Shown here: one piece after another, positions 41,156 to 50,584 of the stretch
Numbering within the stretch: position 1 is the first letter of the stretch
Layout of the letters: each line of letters begins with the position of its first letter
Source of the DNA: Candidatus Methanophagales archaeon
GTDB lineage: Archaea > Halobacteriota > Syntropharchaeia > Alkanophagales > Methanospirareceae
Assembly (NCBI GenBank): GCA_030602585.1
Contig: JAUVZJ010000002.1
Span: 3,262 to 67,261 of the forward strand
Length of the DNA stretch: 64,000 nucleotides
Reading direction: 5' to 3'
Notes under the pieces: model-generated
Databases searched by the model: none
What the model was told of the DNA's origin: nothing
What the model saw: the letters and a program-made list of their open reading frames with translations, nothing else
Program-made: the position numbers and the translations under genes

Positions 41156-42199
41156 CTAAAGAAAGTTTGACCAGTAGCTTTTTTGCACTTCTTTTATCTC
41201 TTCCACTCTTTTCTTCACCTGCTCATTCTTACTTACCGCACCCTTTCCCATCGCGCCTTCATTTGATAAAAGTGAATTGAAAACAGATAAAGCAGACTCT
41301 GCGATAGCATCCAGATTATATCCTCCCTCTAAAGCCATTACAATTCTCCCTTTGCTGTTCTTTTTCGCTGTCTCCTTTAGCACATCCGCGAATAACCCGA
41401 ATCCCGGAGATGTTACATTCATTGATGCCAGGGGGTCAGCAACGTGTGCATCAAATCCTGCGGATACGAGCACAAATTCAGGTCTGAACTCCATAGCTAT
41501 CGGCACTAAAATATTATTTAACGCATATAAATAGCCAGCGTCATCAGTACCGGCTGGAAGCGGGACATTAACCGTGAAACCTTCTCCTTCGCCTTTACCT
41601 ACTTCATCTATCCATCCTGTGCCGGGATAATGGGGGTGTTGATGTGTGGAGAAATACAAAACAGAGGGGTCCTCGAAAAACACATCCTGCGTGCCATTAC
41701 CATGATGCACGTCCCAGTCAGCAATCAAAATGCGTTTAATACCATATTTTCTCTTTAAATGCTCAGCAGCAATCGCCATATTGTTAAATATGCAGAATCC
41801 CATACCTCTATTCGTGGTAGCGTGATGCCCCGGTGGTCTTATCAAAGCAAAAATGTGCTTCAGGTTATTAGACCCATCCATTACTTCGTCAACCGCTTTT
41901 ATTACTCCACCCGCAGAGAGCAGTGCTATTTCATAAGTATCTCTACACAATGGCGTATCCGGATCGAGCATGCCACCGCCTCCCTTGCACATCGCTTCCA
42001 CCTTCTTCACGTATGCATCGGCATGCACATACGCTATTTGCTCTTTCGATGTCTTCGTCGGAGTAATTCTCTTCATCTTTTCAGTAATACCCGCTTCTTC
42101 CAGCTTCTTCGTTATGTATATCAGCCGTTCGGCGCTCTCTGGATGATCCCCTGTGTCATGTCTCAGGTAATCCTCGTGATAGACGAATCCTGTATTCAT
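41156..42199 (-). CDS. Histone deacetylase family (AcuC/HDAC class II-like) protein
   Basis: HPE, RPPGHHA, GFCIFNN, DWDVHHGNGT, SAGFDAH and LEGGY. Confidence 0.93.
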   Translation of the reverse strand: MNTGFVYHEDYLRHDTGDHPESAERLIYITKKLEEAGITEKMKRITPTKTSKEQIAYVHADAYVKKVEAMCKGGGGMLDPDTPLCRDTYEIALLSAGGVIKAVDEVMDGSNNLKHIFALIRPPGHHATTNRGMGFCIFNNMAIAAEHLKRKYGIKRILIADWDVHHGNGTQDVFFEDPSVLYFSTHQHPHYPGTGWIDEVGKGEGEGFTVNVPLPAGTDDAGYLYALNNILVPIAMEFRPEFVLVSAGFDAHVADPLASMNVTSPGFGLFADVLKETAKKNSKGRIVMALEGGYNLDAIAESALSVFNSLLSNEGAMGKGAVSKNEQVKKRVEEIKEVQKSYWSNFL

Positions 42200-42229
42200 C
42201 TTATCTTATTCTTTTGAATTGAGATTATA

Positions 42230-42273
42230 ACAAACCTTTCTTTTCTAAAGAAAACAAAGCTTTACCAAAGAAA
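42230..42273 (+). repeat. Dispersed ~40-bp AT-rich hairpin repeat (copy 2)
   Basis: ACAAACCTTTCTTTTCTAAAGAAAACAAAGCTTTACCAAAGAAA. Confidence 0.7.
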
Positions 42274-42332
42274 AAAGTCTTTGTAAATATAACTTTAATT
42301 GTTGGTAGGACAGGAGGCAAGTAAGTGCAGGG

Positions 42333-42863
42333 ATGAAAGAAGTATTAATAGAAATGGGTAAAAATCTGGTTGGGGCATTATTAATCGTTGTTATAATAAT
42401 TTCGGTGGCATACGCCGCTACGGGGACATGGCGTATAGGGTTCGCTGTTACCTCGGGAAGCATGGAACCGAATATGCAGGTAGGTGATTTGATTTTCGTG
42501 CAAGCACCAGAGCGCACGAACATCACGACATACGAAGAAGGTAAAATGCTCAATTATACATCATTTAACAATTATGGGGACGTGATTATATATCATCCGG
42601 ATGGGATGACCTCCGGGAGAATCATACATAGAGCAATGTATTGGGTAGAGAAAGGGGAAGAAATGCCGGATGGAAAGCCTGCTCCTCATGCGGGATATAT
42701 CACTAAAGGTGACAATAATCTCTATCACGATCAGGATCCAAGAGCATTCGGGTATGAGCCTGTGAAACCTGAATGGGTTATAGCGGTGCCGAAAGCAAGA
42801 ATCCCTTACTTGGGCTATCCTACTTTTAAACTTGACCAGGCTAAAAAAAGCTTTTTAAGCTGA
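42333..42863 (+). CDS. Signal peptidase I (S26, archaeal Sec11 type)
   Basis: VTSGSMEP, GDVII, IIHRA and TKGDNN. Confidence 0.92.
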   Translation: MKEVLIEMGKNLVGALLIVVIIISVAYAATGTWRIGFAVTSGSMEPNMQVGDLIFVQAPERTNITTYEEGKMLNYTSFNNYGDVIIYHPDGMTSGRIIHRAMYWVEKGEEMPDGKPAPHAGYITKGDNNLYHDQDPRAFGYEPVKPEWVIAVPKARIPYLGYPTFKLDQAKKSFLS

Positions 42864-42881
42864 GTGGAGTAATAGAAAAGT

Positions 42882-43403
42882 ATGGGGAGAAAACCAGCTC
42901 GTATGTACACGCGGGTGTCAGGACATGCGTATGTGCGAAGGGAATACATGGGGGGAGTGCCGGGAAGCAAGATAGCAATTTTCGATATGGGCAATCTCAG
43001 CAGAGAGTTCCCTGTTTCTTTATCCTTAGTTGCAAAGGAAGCATGTCAAATAAGGCACAATGCATTAGAAGCGGCGAGGATTTTTGCTAATAGATACCTG
43101 GTAACGGGCATAGGGCGAAATAATTTTTACTTGAAAATAAGAGTGTATCCGCATCATGTGCTAAGAGAGAACAAATTGGCGGTTGGCGCAGGTGCAGACC
43201 GTGTATCGAGTGGTATGAGACACGCATTTGGGCGACCCGTAAGTAGTGCCGCAAGGGTGAAGAGCGGGCAAAAGATAATTAGCGTCGGGGTCGAGGAGCA
43301 AAATTTCGTGCTTGCAAAGGAAGCTTTGAAACGGGCAAGTCATAAGCTACCCACACCTTGTAAGATTGTAATAGACAAAGGCGAGGAGTTAGTGGCTGCG
43401 TAA
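42882..43403 (+). CDS. rpl10e: 50S ribosomal protein L10e/uL16
   Basis: [20 protein letters not shown] and [12 protein letters not shown]. Confidence 0.97.
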   Translation: MGRKPARMYTRVSGHAYVRREYMGGVPGSKIAIFDMGNLSREFPVSLSLVAKEACQIRHNALEAARIFANRYLVTGIGRNNFYLKIRVYPHHVLRENKLAVGAGADRVSSGMRHAFGRPVSSAARVKSGQKIISVGVEEQNFVLAKEALKRASHKLPTPCKIVIDKGEELVAA

Positions 43404-43418
43404 AGAAGAAATTTTTTA

Positions 43419-43868
43419 TCAGAGTATATAAACTTTGAAATTCGGTTTCTCAAGTTCTCCCCCGTTCAATTTCCTCTTCACTAACTCTTGTATAGTATGT
43501 GCCAATTCATCGCATTGACTGGCGGGGTCCCCGGTCTTCGAAATGTATCTGTCCGCCCCCTTGTTCATAGCTTCCACAGCTACTTCCTCTCCTCCTTTAT
43601 CGGTGAAAATGATGAAAGGTGTATCCGTATATTTTTCATTTTTTCTCACCGCTTCCAAAAAATCTATACCGCTCATTCCCGGCATCTTATAATCTGTGAT
43701 AATGACATCAAAATGCTCACTTTCAAGTTTATTCAACGCTTCTTCTACGGAAAGCACACCGGAGATTTCAAAATCATCTTTCCATTCCTTTTTCAAGAAT
43801 ATTCTTGCTATCTCCAAATCCGCTGGTTCGTCATCCACGTGCAAAATCCGTATCGGTCTTGGTATCAT
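43419..43868 (-). CDS. Stand-alone response regulator receiver protein
   Basis: ILHVDDE, ITDYKMPGMSG, IIFT and GADRYISK. Confidence 0.88.
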   Translation of the reverse strand: MIPRPIRILHVDDEPADLEIARIFLKKEWKDDFEISGVLSVEEALNKLESEHFDVIITDYKMPGMSGIDFLEAVRKNEKYTDTPFIIFTDKGGEEVAVEAMNKGADRYISKTGDPASQCDELAHTIQELVKRKLNGGELEKPNFKVYIL

Positions 43869-44016
43869 ATCTGAATCTCCGACTCGAAATTGTATTCTAT
43901 CCCATCCCCACATGTTTATAATTTTATGTAGCATAGGGGATAATTAGTTGAAAGTTACCTCCTATAAAACTTTCGGTATTGTTTCCAGTGGAGGGAGAGA
44001 AATTATACACCAAAAT

Positions 44017-44661
44017 CTATGAACTTGTTAGCTCCTCAACCACACTCTCACATTTCTCCCGCATTATCCTCGCTGCTTCTTCTACTATCTCATCTACCGG
44101 CAAAGAGCCATCCCCCTCAACAGTAACAAGTAATGCGTTCTTATGTTCTTCTTCGCCTTGCGTGTCTTTGTAACTACATGCGGTAACAGGCTGCCATTTC
44201 GCATGCTCTTTCCCCTTGCCCAGTCTTGCTATCGCTTCCAGAGAAATCTTTTGCCTCGCAATCGATTTTATAATCCCAATCTCTTTTTCCGTTGAAATCA
44301 ACTTCACAATCGGTATATTTTCAAACGCCGCTTCCACTTTTGGGTCAGACGAGATGAGTTCCTTAGAATAAACCATCGTGTAGCCCGCTCTTTCAGGGCT
44401 TACCGCTTCTAAATTCAGAAAAAACACGTCATCAGCACTATAAGCACCAAGGTCTGTCTTCAATGGTATCAACGCCAGACGCAATGCTAATTGCTCGTCG
44501 TATAATAAAGATGTATTCTCGTGAATGTTCACTTCATCAATTGCAAGTTTCGGCACTTCTGCAATCATTGCTCTTCTAAGTGCATTTGCAAACCGCACTT
44601 TCACACCTGAAAGCACGAATTTTACTTCGTTCTCCCCACGTTCCACTATTTTTACTTCCAT
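44017..44661 (-). CDS. rpoD: DNA-directed RNA polymerase subunit D (Rpo3)
   Basis: FANALRRAMIAEVP, ENTS.LYDE, LALIPL and EHAKWQP; follows rps11. Confidence 0.93.
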   Translation of the reverse strand: MEVKIVERGENEVKFVLSGVKVRFANALRRAMIAEVPKLAIDEVNIHENTSLLYDEQLALRLALIPLKTDLGAYSADDVFFLNLEAVSPERAGYTMVYSKELISSDPKVEAAFENIPIVKLISTEKEIGIIKSIARQKISLEAIARLGKGKEHAKWQPVTACSYKDTQGEEEHKNALLVTVEGDGSLPVDEIVEEAARIMREKCESVVEELTSS

Positions 44662-44683
44662 AAACTTTTTTGCACGCAAAAAC

Positions 44684-45073
44684 CTAAACTCTTCTTCCTC
44701 TCCTTCCACCAGGGCGCTTCGTGCCGTCATGCGGTATCGGCGTCACGTCCTCTATTTTCCCTATTCGCAGTCCTGCGCGGGCAAAAGCTCTTATCGCCGC
44801 TTGTGCACCGGGAGCAGTTGTTCTCGATTTACGCCCCGCTGCCGCTTTTACTTTTACATGTATCCCTCGTATTTCTCGCTCTTTTAGTTTATCCGCAAGT
44901 TGCGTTGCCATCTGCATCGCGATATAAGGAGAACTCTCATCGCGGTCCGATTTTGCTATCATCCCTCCAGAAGCCTTTGCAATCGTTTCCGCACCTGTTA
45001 TATCAGTAATCGTGATAATGGTGTTATTAAACGAAGAAAATATATGCGCTATTGCCCATCTGTAATCTGCCAT
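44684..45073 (-). CDS. rps11: 30S ribosomal protein S11
   Basis: HIFSSFNNT and [10 protein letters not shown]...GGRRGRRV. Confidence 0.97.
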   Translation of the reverse strand: MADYRWAIAHIFSSFNNTIITITDITGAETIAKASGGMIAKSDRDESSPYIAMQMATQLADKLKEREIRGIHVKVKAAAGRKSRTTAPGAQAAIRAFARAGLRIGKIEDVTPIPHDGTKRPGGRRGRRV

Positions 45074-45075
45074 TT

Positions 45076-45621
45076 TTATTCTGCTCCCTCCTCTACTACT
45101 CCTTTCTCCTCGGAGGTGGCGGGAATCTGCCCATAATAGCCTATTTTCCCTTCCTCCTCCACGTTCACTATATAAGAAGGAATGGTAACTCTTCTACCAT
45201 TAACGGCAATATGACCGTGAACGATGAGTTGCCGGGCGTGTTTTACCGAATTAGCGAGTCCCGTTTTATGCACCCTTGTCTGTAGCCTCCTTTCCAGGAC
45301 ATCCTCTATACTCAGCGCCAAAACGTCTTCTAATTTCGGGGCACCTTCTCCTTCTTTCAATATATTCCGCCTTTTTAAGCTTGCCAGGATGTCTTCTTTC
45401 TTCTTTAACGTATGTTCTGTGGGCTTCATCCCTGCTATTTCCGCTAAAATCTCCCTTATTTCCCTTCGGTATTTCTTTACAATGCTTGCTGCCTTCCATA
45501 TCTCTCTCTTATTCTTTAGTCCATACTTCTCAGCTAACTCCTTCTCCTCCTTTATTCTGTTTATTTCCCAGGGTCTTCTCGGCTTCTCATACGTCTTCCT
45601 TCTTCTCTTCGGATGTCCCAT
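45076..45621 (-). CDS. rps4: 30S ribosomal protein S4
   Basis: [17 protein letters not shown] and [10 protein letters not shown]. Confidence 0.97.
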   Translation of the reverse strand: MGHPKRRRKTYEKPRRPWEINRIKEEKELAEKYGLKNKREIWKAASIVKKYRREIREILAEIAGMKPTEHTLKKKEDILASLKRRNILKEGEGAPKLEDVLALSIEDVLERRLQTRVHKTGLANSVKHARQLIVHGHIAVNGRRVTIPSYIVNVEEEGKIGYYGQIPATSEEKGVVEEGAE

Positions 45622-45626
45622 ATTAT

Positions 45627-46157
45627 TTACCTACCTCCCCTCTTCCCACCTGCCTTTGCTGCTGCTGCTAATTGTTTCTTTCTTAATACTCCTACTACCA
45701 ATCCTTTTCGTCCCGTTGATTTTGTTCTTTGACCCCTCACTTTCAGTCCCCGTTCATACCTTATGCCCCGGTAAGACCTTATCTTGCGCAACAAATTTAT
45801 GTCCTCTCGTAACTTCAACATGAGGTCCGACCCCATTATATGCTTATCATCTCCACTAATTAAGTCTTTTCTCCTGTTCAGCATCCACCACGGCAATCGC
45901 TTCTCTGCACTGCTAATCGCGCTCCTTAACCGCTCTATTTCATCGTCTGCGAGCTCACCCATTTTTGCCCTCGGGTCTATTCCTGTAGAAGTAACAATCA
46001 CCTTTGCTACTCTTCTTCCTATTCCCTTTACCCCGCATAGCGAATATGCTACGCTTCTTTTACCATCTAAGTCGGTATCCAGAATCCTGACAATATGCTT
46101 GAACTCCTCCTTCTCTTCTTCCTTTTCCTCTTCTCTTTTTTCCGCTTCTTCGCTCAT
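45627..46157 (-). CDS. rps13: 30S ribosomal protein S13
   Basis: GVKGIG, WMLNRRKD and GLKVRGQRTKSTGR. Confidence 0.97.
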   Translation of the reverse strand: MSEEAEKREEEKEEEKEEFKHIVRILDTDLDGKRSVAYSLCGVKGIGRRVAKVIVTSTGIDPRAKMGELADDEIERLRSAISSAEKRLPWWMLNRRKDLISGDDKHIMGSDLMLKLREDINLLRKIRSYRGIRYERGLKVRGQRTKSTGRKGLVVGVLRKKQLAAAAKAGGKRGGR

Positions 46158-46168
46158 TCTTCTTTTAG

Positions 46169-46207
46169 CACAAACCTTTTCTTAGAAAGAAAAGCTTTAC
46201 CAAGAAA
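46169..46207 (+). repeat. Dispersed ~40-bp AT-rich hairpin repeat (copy 3; partial copy follows to ~46257)
   Basis: CACAAACCTTTTCTTAGAAAGAAAAGCTTTACCAAGAAA. Confidence 0.75.
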
Positions 46208-46263
46208 TATATTTTTTCTTTTAGCACAGGTTTTCTTTTTTCTAAAAAGAAAAAGTGTTGTTT

Positions 46264-46365
46264 CGCCGAGGAAGGGATTTGAACCCTTGAGTTCCTTTCG
46301 GAACACAGACTATCCGTTGGCTCCATAAACTCCAGGCCTGCGCCTTACCACTCAGCCACCTCGGC
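46264..46365 (-). tRNA. tRNA-Ser(GGA) with 18-nt intron at 37/38 (46312-46329)
   Basis: Acceptor GCCGAGG/CCTCGGC+G, anticodon stem CAGGC/GTCTG, loop CT-GGA-G[intron]A, long variable arm GTTCC-GAAA-GGAAC, and TTCAAAT loop. Confidence 0.9.
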
Positions 46366-47346
46366 TCTTCGCCTCCATCCTTTCATATACGTCCCGGGCT
46401 TCATAAACACTTTCTCTGTTTCTACACATATACCTTTTTCCGCTCTGAACATATCTTCCGAGTTCATCTTTGCTTCGCCTATGCTCACCGCTTCCCCTTT
46501 TAATGTATATAATATCACACGAGTTCCTATATTTATTTCTTTTTCTATCCTCGAAATCCCGGGGGCAGTGAGGTCTGCACCATGACATATCGCATCAACA
46601 GCACTATCCTTTACAATTATGCACGGGAGATGCCCTAACGCATATTCCATTGGCATGATGAGTTTCCGTAGAAGGCTCTCATCCCCTTCCTCAAGAAAAA
46701 CGTATGCATCCTTCAAGTCCTGCAATTTCGTGAGATTATCCTCGTCGAAGGGAAATGATTTCGTCCTTCTCAACTGCGACATGTGCGCACCTACGCCTAA
46801 AGCGAGCCCGATATGATGGCAAAGCATTCTTATGTATGTTCCGGCTTCACAACCTACTCTCATCAACACGTTCTTACCCTCCACCTCTTTCATTTCGATG
46901 TAATGCACCGTCCTTATCCTTATCCGCCTCTTGACCGCGGACTTCAATGGCGGTCTTTGATATATCCTGCCCACGAATTCCTCGCTTATCTTCCTCAGCG
47001 CATCCTCCTCAACATCCCGGTGCAGTTTCATCACGCACACATATTCTTTATCGGCGATGAAAGTATCGGCTAACTTCGTTGCCGTTCCGAGCAAGACGGG
47101 CAGCACCCCTGTAACCTTCGGGTCAAGTGTTCCAGTATGTGCCGCCTTATTTATCTTCAATATATCTTTTATCCATGCAACCACTTCATGGGATGTTGGA
47201 CCCGCAGGCTTATCTATATTAACCACGCCTCTTTCGACATGCTCCCTTATTGAGCGAGCTTCTGGTGCGCATCCGTATCTTGGGTCGGTAAAAGAGGGCG
47301 ATTTTTCCAATTTGCATCTTTCTAACGGTTTTTCGCTTTTAATCAT
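46345..47346 (-). CDS. cbf5: H/ACA RNA-guided pseudouridine synthase Cbf5 (TruB family)
   Basis: DKPAGPTSHEV, HTGTLDPKVTG, YQRPP, GTYIR and PUA domain. Confidence 0.95.
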   Translation of the reverse strand: MIKSEKPLERCKLEKSPSFTDPRYGCAPEARSIREHVERGVVNIDKPAGPTSHEVVAWIKDILKINKAAHTGTLDPKVTGVLPVLLGTATKLADTFIADKEYVCVMKLHRDVEEDALRKISEEFVGRIYQRPPLKSAVKRRIRIRTVHYIEMKEVEGKNVLMRVGCEAGTYIRMLCHHIGLALGVGAHMSQLRRTKSFPFDEDNLTKLQDLKDAYVFLEEGDESLLRKLIMPMEYALGHLPCIIVKDSAVDAICHGADLTAPGISRIEKEINIGTRVILYTLKGEAVSIGEAKMNSEDMFRAEKGICVETEKVFMKPGTYMKGWRRRAEVAEW

Positions 47347-47372
47347 CAGATAAACATACTCATTTCAAAGAT

Positions 47373-48437
47373 TTAAATTATCAATTCATACAGCGTATCC
47401 CGCCTCTTAGGCGTTCTCCCCGCATCTTTTATCAGTCTCTCGAAGTCCTCGGGACTCATATATTCACCAGCCAGGGAACCCGATAACCTTGAGATATTCT
47501 CTTCCATTAAAGTCCCACCCAGGTCATTCACACCAAAATAAAGCATCTTCTGCACGTCCCTCATACCCAACTTCACCCACGACGCCTGTATATTATTGCA
47601 ATAGGGATGAAGAATAACTCTCGATAACGCATGAACCATTGCAGTTTCCAGAAAAGAAACATTTCTGTTCACCATTCTCCCCAATTCGTTGTTCCTTCGC
47701 ATGAACTTCAGCAGTACAAACTCTGTAAATCCTCCGGTCTCCTTTTGTATCTCCCTTATCTTAAATATATGGTCTATTCTGTCCTCCAGTGATTCAATAT
47801 GCCCGTACATGATTGTTGCCGTTGATGGAATTCCCAACCGATGTGCTGTCTTTATTATCTCCACCCATTTCTCCGTTTCTATTTTCCCCGGGCATATTAT
47901 TTCTCTTATGGAATCATCGAGTATTTCCGCAGCCGTTCCCGGAATAGAACCCAGTCCCGCATTTTTTAATTCTTTTAACACCTCCTCCTCGCTCATCCCG
48001 GAATTCTTTGCCACATGGTATATCTCCATTGGCGAAAAGGCGTGTATATGCACGTCAAACTTCGATTTTATGCTTTCAATAATTCCACAATAGTCAGTCA
48101 GGGCAAGGTCGGGGTGCAATCCACCTTGAATACATATCTCCGTTGACTCGTTATTCACCGCTTCCTCTACCTTACTCAAAACCGCATCCATACTCAACAA
48201 ATATCCTTCCTCCTTCTCTTCCCCGAACGCACAGAACTTACACGCACCCACACAGATATTTGTAAAGTTTATGTTTCTGTTCACCACGTAGGTAACAATG
48301 TCTCCTTTCTCCTCCCTTCGCAACTCATCTGCAATGCAGAATAAATAAAAAGGGTTACCTGCTAAAAATATCGCATCTCCTCTCTCAACCTTACCCTTCC
48401 TTATCCTCTCGTATAAACCATCAAAATCCTCTTTCAT
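47373..48437 (-). CDS. cofH: FO synthase subunit 2 (radical SAM)
   Basis: NRNINFTNICVGACKFC, PGTAAEIL, NIQASWVKLG and NDLGGTLMEENIS. Confidence 0.9.
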   Translation of the reverse strand: MKEDFDGLYERIRKGKVERGDAIFLAGNPFYLFCIADELRREEKGDIVTYVVNRNINFTNICVGACKFCAFGEEKEEGYLLSMDAVLSKVEEAVNNESTEICIQGGLHPDLALTDYCGIIESIKSKFDVHIHAFSPMEIYHVAKNSGMSEEEVLKELKNAGLGSIPGTAAEILDDSIREIICPGKIETEKWVEIIKTAHRLGIPSTATIMYGHIESLEDRIDHIFKIREIQKETGGFTEFVLLKFMRRNNELGRMVNRNVSFLETAMVHALSRVILHPYCNNIQASWVKLGMRDVQKMLYFGVNDLGGTLMEENISRLSGSLAGEYMSPEDFERLIKDAGRTPKRRDTLYELII

Positions 48438-48440
48438 CTG

Positions 48441-48620
48441 TTAAAATCCCAAATCCCAATATATGCCAATACTACCAAACAAACTCCAAATCCCAATACT
48501 ACCAAAAACCTTCCTTTAAAAGTTTTGCCTGCTTTTCTTTTTCTAAAAGAAAAGAGTTTAGTTGGAATTTGGAAATTGGGATTTACTTGGGATTTGGTAG
48601 TATTTGTCATTGGGATTTAA
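48441..48620. repeat. Inverted-repeat element built from AAATCCCAA/ATACTACCAAA units
   Basis: Left arm AAATCCCAAATCCCAAT...AATACTACCAAA; the reverse complement of the right arm is AAATCCCAATGACAAATACTACCAAATCCCAA. Confidence 0.75.
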
Positions 48621-48633
48621 TTGACCTCCTTCC

Positions 48634-49656
48634 CTATTTCCCCCCCTTCTTACTCACTATTCCCGTTATTATCTCCCTGTTAAGGTCAAATACCGTTGTT
48701 GTCTCCGCTCCATCCGTTATTCGCAATTTCTTGCTTGCATCCACCTCACCAATGATAGAAGCCTCCATCCCAGCGTCTCTGAATATCTTTATACACTCGG
48801 CTCCTTTTTCCTCGTTCTCGACCGTGAGGACAAAACCTGTCCCGGGATACATCTTTAACCACTGCTCAAAAGACATTTGTTCCGAATCAGGTCTTGGTAT
48901 CTTATCCAGCTCCACCATTGCTCCTGCTCCTGAACACTCAAGTAACATCCCAAGCGTGCCTAAAGTGCCGGGATTGCTTATGTCTTTCCCAGCGGTTGCT
49001 AACTTTTTCTCCCCTATCTCCACCATTGCTTCCAATTGCCCTTTTATCTCGGCTGGAGACTTTTTTGACGTGGTGTCCCATGCCAGATTGTAACTCGGAT
49101 ATATTCTGCCATCGAGGTCAATCGCTGCTAATACCTTGTCACCGGGTTTCGCACCGCTCGAATAGATAACACTATCCTTTTTTACCGTTCCTATTATCCC
49201 AACGTCGAGCGCATCATAAGCAGTGTCAGGATGTAAATGCCCCCCTACCATTGGCACGCCGAATTTTCTCACGCCGTCTTCCATTCCTCTTCCCAATTCT
49301 GAACATATATCCTTATTCTGCGTTGATGTCAGGTTCACCATAGCTAAAGGAGTGCCGCCCATCGCCGCTATGTCATTCACATTTACAAGCACAGAGCAAT
49401 ATCCCGCCCACCAGGGGTCTGCATTCAACAATTTACCCCAGATACCATCCACGGCAAGTAAAATGAAGTTATCATCACCCATTTCAAGCACTGCTGCATC
49501 CTCTCCAAAACCCATTATCGTTCGACCTCCTACTTTATCTGAATCACCCAGCATTTTTACAAGATCAGTTATAGCTCTTTTTCGCTTCACTCCATCGAAG
49601 TTTCTCAGCGCTTCTGCCAGCGATTCCAGCTCTTCGCCTTCTTTCACGCTTACCAT
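48634..49656 (-). CDS. Methanogenesis marker 2 protein (AIR synthase/PurM-like)
   Basis: GVKRK, GEDAAV, WAGYCSVLVNVNDIAAMGG, GGHLHPD and KDISNPG. Confidence 0.88.
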   Translation of the reverse strand: MVSVKEGEELESLAEALRNFDGVKRKRAITDLVKMLGDSDKVGGRTIMGFGEDAAVLEMGDDNFILLAVDGIWGKLLNADPWWAGYCSVLVNVNDIAAMGGTPLAMVNLTSTQNKDICSELGRGMEDGVRKFGVPMVGGHLHPDTAYDALDVGIIGTVKKDSVIYSSGAKPGDKVLAAIDLDGRIYPSYNLAWDTTSKKSPAEIKGQLEAMVEIGEKKLATAGKDISNPGTLGTLGMLLECSGAGAMVELDKIPRPDSEQMSFEQWLKMYPGTGFVLTVENEEKGAECIKIFRDAGMEASIIGEVDASKKLRITDGAETTTVFDLNREIITGIVSKKGGK

Positions 49657-49658
49657 TT

Positions 49659-50507
49659 TTATTCCCGCATCTCCTCTATTATTTCCTTTATCTCTCTTAT
49701 ATCTTTTATCCTGAAATCTGCAACCTCAAAAACCTCTCCTGGTCTATCTGCTTCTTCTTGCAGCGATAGTACCGCTATATCCGCCTCCCGCATCGCAGGA
49801 TAATCATTCTTATCGTCACCTACCATCATCACCGTATGCTCATCCTTCAACTTCCTCACCAAGTCCCTCTTATCTTCCGGATTCATCATACCAAAAATAT
49901 TTTCTGGCGCCACGTCAGGTAAATATATCGCCATTTCCTCTTTCTCTATCCTATCCCCGGATGCAATAAATGTCAGGACACCTAACTCACGTAATTCTTT
50001 AAAGAGTTCGAGCGTTCCAGGGAAAAGATTTATACCACCGGCAATTGCATACCGTATCGCTTTTCCTACCATATCTATAATCAAGCCTATTCCCATTACC
50101 GGAAGAATATCACACCGCCTCAAAAGAGAGACCGTTTCGTGCACATCCCTTAACCTAACGGTTTTATCACTTAAAATTGCTTCCACCACTGCATCATCAC
50201 TCATCCCTTCTTTCTTATATATAACCTTCTTTTCTATTTTTTTCTCCTTCATCAAGTCCGATAATAATTTAGATGGGTCTTCTTTTTCCATCGTTTCTTC
50301 GCATCTTGTCTTCAAAATCATCATCGCACCCCTTTCAAGCCTGTCCGTGCAGGTTATTCCTGAGACCCTGCTACGCTTCATCACCCCTCTCTTCATGTCT
50401 TTTATAATCCTGAAAGGTGCGTATATAACGCCAGCACCATCAAAAACAACCGCTAAATCGGACTCTCGCCCCCTTTCCTCTTTTCCCTTCCTCTCCTTCT
50501 TATCCAT
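49659..50507 (-). CDS. HAD-superfamily hydrolase (soluble P-type ATPase-like)
   Basis: VVFDGAG, IASGD, K, and MVGDDKNDYPAM. Confidence 0.8.
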   Translation of the reverse strand: MDKKERKGKEERGRESDLAVVFDGAGVIYAPFRIIKDMKRGVMKRSRVSGITCTDRLERGAMMILKTRCEETMEKEDPSKLLSDLMKEKKIEKKVIYKKEGMSDDAVVEAILSDKTVRLRDVHETVSLLRRCDILPVMGIGLIIDMVGKAIRYAIAGGINLFPGTLELFKELRELGVLTFIASGDRIEKEEMAIYLPDVAPENIFGMMNPEDKRDLVRKLKDEHTVMMVGDDKNDYPAMREADIAVLSLQEEADRPGEVFEVADFRIKDIREIKEIIEEMRE

Positions 50508-50584
50508 AATTTTAAAAGTATCAGAATGATAGATACAAATGTAAATATAATAAAATGAAGAATTAATAGAAATACAGAGATAAA

